From assembly GCA_965279375.1 (NCBI GenBank), contig OZ257156.1:2240001-2304000 (forward strand): 64,000 nucleotides of DNA, read 5' to 3'. Shown here piece by piece: positions 57,418-64,000 of the stretch. This stretch comes from Gemmatimonas sp. Its GTDB lineage: Bacteria; Gemmatimonadota; Gemmatimonadetes; Gemmatimonadales; Gemmatimonadaceae. The notes beneath the pieces are model-generated. The model saw nothing but the letters and a program-made list of their open reading frames with translations. It did no database searches and was not told the origin of the DNA. Every line of letters starts with the position of its first letter. Position 1 is the first letter of the stretch. A program made the translations under genes and the position numbers.

Positions 57418-59049
57418 GTGAGCGACTCCCGACTGACCCAGCCCCCCGCCGAACTCGGCGTTACCACCTCCGACGCGGGCGGCCCGTCCGGCCGATCGTG
57501 GCTCTTCGTGGCCCTCTGGATTGCCGGCGCGTTCGCCCTGCGCACCGCGCTTTCCGCCGCGGTCCCGCTCCTCCCGGACGAGACCTACTACTGGGAATGG
57601 ACGCGCCGCCTCGAGTCGGGCTATTTCGATCATCCGCCCGGTATCGTCCTGCTGATCACGCTCGGCGTCAGCCTCTTCGATAACACCAAGTTCGGCGTAC
57701 GCGCCGGGCCGGCCATCGCGGCGCTGGTCACACATGCGGCTGCCGTAGCGGCGGCGTGGCTGCTAGCCGGGCGCGGCCGAACCGGCGCCGCTGCGGCGGT
57801 GCGCGCGGCTGCGCTGATGACGCTGCTCCCGATCGCCACACTCGGACTCGTGCTTGCCACGCCGGATGCGGCGCTTTTCGCGACCTCTATGATGGCTCTG
57901 CTCGGCGTCGAGCGTGCGTTGGCGTCGCGCGTGCGCTCGTGGGCGTCGCTCGGCTGGTGGCTGCTCGCGGGCATCGGGCTCGGCAGCGCGCTGTTGGCCA
58001 AGTACACCGCCATCCTGCTGCCCATGGCGCTGGTGATCGCCTGCCTGCTGCATCCGGCGCTGCGGAAGCGGTTTCTCGAGCCCGGTCCGTGGCTCGCGTC
58101 GGCGATCGCGCTCCTCCTCTTCACCCCGGTGGTGCTCTGGAACGCGCTCTCCGACTGGGTCTCGTTTCGCTTTCAGCTTGGACACGGCTTCGGCGCCAGC
58201 CCGCGCGGCAACCCGCTCTCACGCGAATTGGAGCTCGTCGGCGGACAGGTGGGGCTCGCCTCGCCGATTCTGTTCGGCCTCCTCGCCGTGGCCGTCTACC
58301 TCGCGTTGCGCGATGGCTGGCGCGCGCGCGCCGCGTCGGCGCCCACCGATGTCGCCGTGCGCCGGTTTGCGCTGGCGGTGATTTCGGTGGTGCCGCTCGG
58401 CTTCTTTGCGATCAGTGCCTGGCGACGCTCGGTAGAAGCAAACTGGCCCGCGCTCATCTATCCGGGGGCGGTGCTGTTGCTGGCCACCACAACGAGCCTC
58501 TGGGCGCGCGCACGCGCGTGGCGTGCGGGACTCGCTCTGGCGTGCTTTCTCCTGCTGGTGGTGGCGGCGCAGGCATGGCGTCCGATTCTGCCGCTCAAGC
58601 CGCGCAAGGATCCCATCGCACGCGCGCACGGGTGGGAGACACTCGCCGCCGCAGTCGATAGCGCTCGCAAGGATCCGTTTCTCGAGGGATCGGTGGATCG
58701 GTGGGTCGCCGCAGACCGCTATCAGGATGCGTCTGAACTGGCGTTTCATCTGGTCGATCAACCGACGGTGTTCGCGCTCAACCTTGGCGGCCGCCCGAAT
58801 CAGTACGACATCTGGCCGACCGCGTACGAGGAAGTGCGCCCCGGCGACGGGCTCGTGGTCGCGTTCGATACCGGCACCCACGGCGACAGCCTCGCCGCCG
58901 TGGTGGGCAGCTGGTTCGCCGAATCGCGACGCGGCTCCGTTGTCTCGCTCAAGCGTGGCGACGGCGAAGTGACGCAGCGACAGCTGTGGCTGTATCGCAC
59001 GGCGCGCAATGTGCCACCCAACCCTCGCAACCTCTCCAAGCTGCCATGA
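57418..59049 (+). CDS. ArnT/PMT-family (GT39/GT83-like) membrane glycosyltransferase
   Basis: PDETYYWEW, YFDHPP, TPD, LAKYT, multiple TMs. Confidence 0.88.
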   Translation: MSDSRLTQPPAELGVTTSDAGGPSGRSWLFVALWIAGAFALRTALSAAVPLLPDETYYWEWTRRLESGYFDHPPGIVLLITLGVSLFDNTKFGVRAGPAIAALVTHAAAVAAAWLLAGRGRTGAAAAVRAAALMTLLPIATLGLVLATPDAALFATSMMALLGVERALASRVRSWASLGWWLLAGIGLGSALLAKYTAILLPMALVIACLLHPALRKRFLEPGPWLASAIALLLFTPVVLWNALSDWVSFRFQLGHGFGASPRGNPLSRELELVGGQVGLASPILFGLLAVAVYLALRDGWRARAASAPTDVAVRRFALAVISVVPLGFFAISAWRRSVEANWPALIYPGAVLLLATTTSLWARARAWRAGLALACFLLLVVAAQAWRPILPLKPRKDPIARAHGWETLAAAVDSARKDPFLEGSVDRWVAADRYQDASELAFHLVDQPTVFALNLGGRPNQYDIWPTAYEEVRPGDGLVVAFDTGTHGDSLAAVVGSWFAESRRGSVVSLKRGDGEVTQRQLWLYRTARNVPPNPRNLSKLP

Positions 59050-59423
59050 TCTGGGCGATCGCCCTGGGTGGAGCGGCGGGCACCGTCTCGCGCTACTTGC
59101 TCTCGCTGGGCATGCAGCGCGCAAACGCCGAGTTCCCGATGTCCACGTTGCTCATCAACGTGGTGGGCTCGTTCCTTATCGGGATGCTTTCACGCACGCT
59201 CACGCTGCCGGGGGACAGCCCGGTGCTACGCGCTGCGCTCACGATCGGATTTTGCGGTGGCTTCACGACCTTTTCCACGTTCAGCGCCGAGTTCGTGTCG
59301 ATGGTGCAGCAGGGCCGTGCGCTGCGCGCCGTGCTGTACGTCGTGCTTAGTGTCTCGCTCGGCGTGATTGCCACGGTGCTGGGCATGGCCGTTGGTGCTC
59401 GCATCGCTGCGTCTCGCGGTTAG
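59046..59423 (+). CDS. crcB: Fluoride channel CrcB/FluC
   Basis: GGAAGTVSRY, TLLINVVGSF, GFCGGFTTFSTFSAE. Confidence 0.95.
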   Translation: MIWAIALGGAAGTVSRYLLSLGMQRANAEFPMSTLLINVVGSFLIGMLSRTLTLPGDSPVLRAALTIGFCGGFTTFSTFSAEFVSMVQQGRALRAVLYVVLSVSLGVIATVLGMAVGARIAASRG

Positions 59424-59456
59424 GCAACTCTCGTCATCCTTCGACACCTCCCGGTC

Positions 59457-60842
59457 ATGCCTGTGATTCCTGCCGATCTCGCCACGTGGTGCGACGCCAA
59501 CGACGCGCGCGCTCAGGACGAACTCTTCGCGTTTCTGCGTATTCCATCCGTAAGCGCGCGCTCCGAGCATAAGGCGGACTGTCTCGCTGCGGCGGAGTTC
59601 GTGTCGCAGTCGCTCTCACGTATCGGCTTCACAACGGAAATCGTGCCCACGCCTGGGCATCCCATCGTGCTTGGCGAGTGGCGCGGTGCGGGAGCCAGCG
59701 CGCCAACGTTGCTCATCTACGGCCACTACGACGTGCAGCCCGCCGAGCCGTTGGAGCTGTGGACCTCGCCAGCATTCGAGCCCACCGTGCGCGATGGTCG
59801 CATCTATGCACGCGGTTCTGTGGACGACAAGGGACAGCTCTATCTGCACATCAAGGCGCTCGAGGCGCATCTGGCGGTGCGCGGAACGCTGCCGGTGAAC
59901 GTGATTGTGTTGGCTGAAGGCGAGGAGGAAGTCGGCAGCGAGAACCTCGAGGCGTTTCTCGAGCGCGAGAAGACCCGCCTCGCCTGCGATGCGGTCGTCA
60001 TTTCCGATTCCACCATGTTCGCACCCGGTATTCCCAGTATTCTCTCCAGCTTGCGCGGCATGGCGTATCTGCAAATCGATGTGCAGGGAGCCAGCGGTGA
60101 TCTGCACTCGGGCATGTATGGCGGGGCCGTCGTGAATCCGGCGATGGCCTTGGCGCGCATTCTCGCCACGTTCCACGACGCCGACGGCAAGGTCGCCATC
60201 CCCGGCTTCTACGACGCCGTGCTGCCGTTCCCCGATGCCGTTCGTGCGCAGATGCGCGAGCTGCCCTTCAGCGACGACACGCTGATGCACGAAGTGGGAG
60301 TGACGGCGTTGGGTGGTGAGCCCGGCTACACCACGCTCGAACGACTGTGGACACGTCCGACCTGCGAAGTGAACGGCATGCTGAGTGGCTACACGGGCGA
60401 AGGCGCCAAGACGGTGCTCCCCGCCATCTCGATGGCCAAGGTCAGCTTCCGTCTCGTGCGTGATCAGGATCCGGAGGAGATCGCGCGGCTCGTGCAGGCG
60501 CATGTCGCGCGCGTCACGCCGGCGGGTGTCACGGCGACGGTGACGGCACTGCACGGCGGCAAGCCGTGGCGCGCCGATCTCAAGGGCCCGATCATCGAGG
60601 CCGGAAAGCGTGCGTTAGCGGCAGCGTTTGGCCGCGAGCCGGTCATCACCGGCGAAGGCGGTTCCATTCCCGTCGTCGGCGACTTCGAGCGTATCCTCGG
60701 CGCACCGGTGTTGCTGATGGGCTTCGGCTTGCCGGGCGAGAACGCACACGCGCCCAACGAGTGGATCAGCGCCGAGAACTATCGGCTGGGCATGCGCGCT
60801 GCCGCGACTCTCTTGGACGAGTACGCGGCAGCGGCACGTTAG
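59457..60842 (+). CDS. M20-family dipeptidase
   Basis: IPSVS, YGHYDVQP, RGSVDDKGQ, EGEEEVGS, DLHSG, GGSIP, HAPNE. Confidence 0.92.
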   Translation: MPVIPADLATWCDANDARAQDELFAFLRIPSVSARSEHKADCLAAAEFVSQSLSRIGFTTEIVPTPGHPIVLGEWRGAGASAPTLLIYGHYDVQPAEPLELWTSPAFEPTVRDGRIYARGSVDDKGQLYLHIKALEAHLAVRGTLPVNVIVLAEGEEEVGSENLEAFLEREKTRLACDAVVISDSTMFAPGIPSILSSLRGMAYLQIDVQGASGDLHSGMYGGAVVNPAMALARILATFHDADGKVAIPGFYDAVLPFPDAVRAQMRELPFSDDTLMHEVGVTALGGEPGYTTLERLWTRPTCEVNGMLSGYTGEGAKTVLPAISMAKVSFRLVRDQDPEEIARLVQAHVARVTPAGVTATVTALHGGKPWRADLKGPIIEAGKRALAAAFGREPVITGEGGSIPVVGDFERILGAPVLLMGFGLPGENAHAPNEWISAENYRLGMRAAATLLDEYAAAAR

Positions 60843-60874
60843 CGCATTCTACAGCAGTTCATTGCGTCGACGTC

Positions 60875-61306
60875 TTACTTGACGTCGACGACCTTCACAC
60901 CGGCGGTGCTCGCACCGCCGCTCACGTAGCCGATGGCGCCGGGATTCGCCTTCACGAAGGCGATCACGTCGTCATCGCTCGACTTGCTGGCGGGCGGCAC
61001 TTCCTTGCCCGAGAAAATCTGTTGCTGCCAGTACGTCTCCACGGCGGCAACCGGACGGCCAACCACCGTCTTGCTGAACGCGGCACGTACCGGGCTCGCC
61101 TTGCCCTGATCGACCGGCGTCGCCGCCGTGCCGTTGGGGAACTTGGCGGCTTCCTTGAGGAAGATCTTGCTGGCCACGGCCGCCGGCAGTTCCGACGTGC
61201 TGTTGGCGCTGTTCACGATGACCTTGAAGTCCTGCGCGGCCGCCGGAGCGGCCCACAGGGTGAGCGCGGCAACCGCGCTCACGATCGATGTGCGAAGAGA
61301 GTTCAT
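60875..61306 (-). CDS. Small secreted PBP-like protein (PstS-like half-domain family)
   Basis: AGGAGG RBS, signal peptide, KVIVN...IFLK...YWQQQIFSGK..PP...VKANPGAIGYV. Confidence 0.82.
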   Translation of the reverse strand: MNSLRTSIVSAVAALTLWAAPAAAQDFKVIVNSANSTSELPAAVASKIFLKEAAKFPNGTAATPVDQGKASPVRAAFSKTVVGRPVAAVETYWQQQIFSGKEVPPASKSSDDDVIAFVKANPGAIGYVSGGASTAGVKVVDVK

Positions 61307-61319
61307 GAGTCAGTCCTCC

Positions 61320-62462
61320 TTAGAAGCTGAAAGCAACTGAGAGGAGACCGTAGACGACCTTCGTCTTTGGCGCGAGCGTCGCCACCAGCGGCGGACGCGT
61401 GGGCGCGATGATGGACGCAACGGGCGTGTCAAACGCGTAGCCCTGCACCTGGTGCGCTTCGAACTTGAACGCGACGCCAGCAGAGGCCTTGTACGTGACG
61501 CCACCGAACAGATCCTCGTTCATCGGCAGGTGCAGATTCGGAATCGGCGCCGGCTTGAAGGAGATGTCGTTGTAGCCATTGTCGTACTCGGCGGCAATCG
61601 TCCAGTGGTCGTCCGGCGTGATGCCCGCCTGCAGGTAGTACGCATTGAGCTTGAGGTAGCTCGGCGCCTTGTTCGAGAACGTGGCGAACTCGCCGCGCGC
61701 GAACGCCTTGCTGAACACGGCATCGGCTGAGTACATCGCCGTGAGCGTGCGGTTCGGGCGGGTCGCTTCCGGCAGCGTCGCATACGGCGTCTGCTGGTAG
61801 CTCTGCACGAACGTACCAAGCTTCACGCCCTTGATCGGCGTCTTGAGCCACAGCTGCGTTCCGACGGAATGCTCGTTGCGGATCTTGCCGACTGCCGTGC
61901 CCGTTGCCGTCGGCACCTGATAGCGCAGATCGTAACCGCCACCGAACAGATAGCTGTCGATCTTCCAGCCCGAGCCGAGATCGAAAGCCTTGCCGACGAC
62001 GACGCCGTCGATGTACTCGAGCGTCTCACCATACACGTTGTTGCCGACGCGGTAGAACGGCAGCAGCGTGCCGATGAAGCGGACTTCGTTGAACAAGCCG
62101 CGCGGAAGCGGATTGCGACCAGCCTTGACCGTGTAGCCGTTGTCGAACTTGTGCTCGTAGAACGCCCAGATCGGCTCGATCACCGGCTGTACCGTCTTGA
62201 GCGGGCTGTTGCCGTTGTTGCGGTGGAGCAGCTGCATCACCACACGACTCTTGTCGTCGAGCTTGTAGCCGAACTGCAACGTGAGCGCACGGTAGTCCGA
62301 CGTTCCGTCCTTCGTCATGCCGAAGTAGGGCACGCCATCCGTCTTGCCGTAGCCGATGTTGGCCGCACCGTGGATGGTGAGCTTGTCGTCCTGGGCGGAC
62401 AGGGTCAGCGGGGTGAGCGCCATCGCGAGAACAACGGCGCCCTTCAGCAAATTACGAGTCAT
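61320..62462 (-). CDS. Outer-membrane porin-like beta-barrel
   Basis: Signal peptide from ATG 62462, WAFYEHKF...KAGR..LPRGLFNE, terminal LSVAFSF. Confidence 0.8.
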   Translation of the reverse strand: MTRNLLKGAVVLAMALTPLTLSAQDDKLTIHGAANIGYGKTDGVPYFGMTKDGTSDYRALTLQFGYKLDDKSRVVMQLLHRNNGNSPLKTVQPVIEPIWAFYEHKFDNGYTVKAGRNPLPRGLFNEVRFIGTLLPFYRVGNNVYGETLEYIDGVVVGKAFDLGSGWKIDSYLFGGGYDLRYQVPTATGTAVGKIRNEHSVGTQLWLKTPIKGVKLGTFVQSYQQTPYATLPEATRPNRTLTAMYSADAVFSKAFARGEFATFSNKAPSYLKLNAYYLQAGITPDDHWTIAAEYDNGYNDISFKPAPIPNLHLPMNEDLFGGVTYKASAGVAFKFEAHQVQGYAFDTPVASIIAPTRPPLVATLAPKTKVVYGLLSVAFSF

Positions 62463-62502
62463 CTGTGTTGGGTTGTGGCGCGGGGAGTGCGCCCGGACTA
62501 CG

Positions 62503-64000
62503 TCAGAACTGGCCGAGAACATCGTCGCTCTCGATATCGTCATCGAACGGGATGGTTGCCGATGCACTCATCGGAAACACGTCGTCGGATGGGGTGCTGC
62601 GGGGAGCGGATGCGGTATTCGCACGCCCCTTTGCTGCCGCGGGCTTGGCGCTGCGAGAACTCGCCGCGCTGCTCGCACGTGCCGGACGAGCCGGCGACTT
62701 CGTGGACTTGGTCGCGATGCGGCCCGGCGCCTGACGGCCCTGACCGACGTTGAACTGCGACGCCATCTGGTGCATCTCACCGGCCTGCGCACTCAGCTCG
62801 GCGGCCGCACTCGCCGACTCTTCGGCGTTCGCTGCCGTACGCTGCGTGAGCTGGCTGATCTGCGTCATCGCGTCGCTCACTTCAGCGAGCTCGCGCTCCT
62901 GCTCGCGGGCACCCTCGGCGATGTTGGTCATCATCGTGGCGGCGCGCTGCACACCGGTGCGAATCTCTTCGAGACGGCGACGCACGCCCTCGTTGAGCTG
63001 CACGCCGGTCTCAGCCTTCTGCACCGACTCCTCGATGAGGACGGCGGTGTTGCGTGAGGCTTCCGAGGCGCGGATCGCCAGGCTGCGCACTTCGTCGGCG
63101 ACGACTGCGAAGCCCTTGCCCGCATCGCCAGCACGCGCCGCTTCGACGGCGGCGTTGAGCGCCAGCAGATTCGTCTGGAAGGCGATCTCGTCGATCGTCT
63201 TGACGATCTTGGCCGTGCTGTCCGCCGACTTCTTGATCTCGGCGACGGCGTCGGCGAGCGCCTTCATGCGCTCCACACCCTGTTCCGTGTCCGTGTTGGC
63301 ACGCTCCATCGCGGCACGCGCTTCGTTCGCGTCGGCCGCACTGGCCTTCGTACGATCGTCCACCACCTTGATGCGATTGGACACCTGATCGATCGAGCCT
63401 GCCTGATCGGCGGCACCGCTCGCAAGATCCTGACTGCCTGAGCCGATTTCGCTCGCGGCCGCATTCACCTGTGCGATGGCCGTCGTGAGCGAGGCGAACA
63501 CTTCGGAGATGTTGCTGAGCGCCGAGTTGAGTGACTCCTTGATCGCGGCGTGATCGCCGAGGTACGCACCTTCCATGCGTGCGGTGAGATCACGGTTCGC
63601 GACACGCGTCAGCACGTCCTGCGCTTCGGTGATCGGCTGCACGACAGCGTCAAGCATGTTGTTGACGCCGGCAATCAGCTCCTTGTACGCGCCTTCGAAG
63701 CGATCCGGATTACCACGCTTGTTCAGTTCACCATGGCGCGCCGCTTCGATCAACGTCTTCGCTTCGCCAACGATGTCCTGCAGCGTCTCCGACGCGCGGT
63801 TCATGTTGCGCGAGAGCACGTCGTGCTCGGAACGCGGCGTGACCTTGGCCGACAGATCGCCCGAGGCCAAGCGATCGGCCGCCTGTGCGATGCCGCCCAC
63901 GTACTCCACCATGCCACGGAACGCCGTCGCCAGCGTGCCGATTTCATCGTTGCCCGTAATGTCGATCGTCTGCTCGATGCGACCGTTGGCGATCTCGCCG
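62503..64000 (-). CDS. Methyl-accepting chemotaxis protein with multiple HAMP domains, 5' end outside window
   Basis: [34 protein letters not shown] hairpin tip. Frame stays open to the edge ([15 protein letters not shown]). Confidence 0.95.
   Translation of the reverse strand, partial: GEIANGRIEQTIDITGNDEIGTLATAFRGMVEYVGGIAQAADRLASGDLSAKVTPRSEHDVLSRNMNRASETLQDIVGEAKTLIEAARHGELNKRGNPDRFEGAYKELIAGVNNMLDAVVQPITEAQDVLTRVANRDLTARMEGAYLGDHAAIKESLNSALSNISEVFASLTTAIAQVNAAASEIGSGSQDLASGAADQAGSIDQVSNRIKVVDDRTKASAADANEARAAMERANTDTEQGVERMKALADAVAEIKKSADSTAKIVKTIDEIAFQTNLLALNAAVEAARAGDAGKGFAVVADEVRSLAIRASEASRNTAVLIEESVQKAETGVQLNEGVRRRLEEIRTGVQRAATMMTNIAEGAREQERELAEVSDAMTQISQLTQRTAANAEESASAAAELSAQAGEMHQMASQFNVGQGRQAPGRIATKSTKSPARPARASSAASSRSAKPAAAKGRANTASAPRSTPSDDVFPMSASATIPFDDDIESDDVLGQF

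Overview
GC-rich, gene-dense bacterial chromosomal segment. The gene styles (Ser/Thr kinase-TPR, Big_2 lipoprotein, Tat-signal TldD, LVIVD lipoprotein) suggest Gemmatimonadota, which is an inference. About 53 CDS are supportable. I found no rRNA, tRNA, CRISPR array, transposase or phage genes. Main blocks from left to right: (1) a TPP riboswitch ahead of a TonB-dependent receptor, divergent from a PnuC-family transporter and a NadR-type P-loop kinase; (2) a fasciclin / SigK-like ECF sigma / RskA module with two identical divergent GCATCC-N15-GCGAA promoter motifs; (3) a GAF histidine kinase, sucA and a PIG-L/LmbE protein; (4) a sodium:solute symporter with an unlisted 32-aa membrane sORF; (5) a hybrid histidine kinase and an ANTAR response regulator; (6) a four-gene operon of Zn-protease lipoprotein, lipoprotein, Ser/Thr kinase and small lipoprotein; (7) a secreted M20 peptidase and cyanophycinase-like protein, a His-rich mini-protein and Tat-TldD/TldE; (8) a BMP-type ABC importer; (9) nadBAC-hypothetical-fahA-cydAB; (10) acyl-CoA dehydrogenase, Ig-repeat lipoprotein, GT39, crcB and a dipeptidase; (11) an MCP-porin-small binding protein cassette cut by the window edge. 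Two related long palindromic intergenic elements lie between convergent genes. All family assignments come from motif recognition by eye, with no database search.
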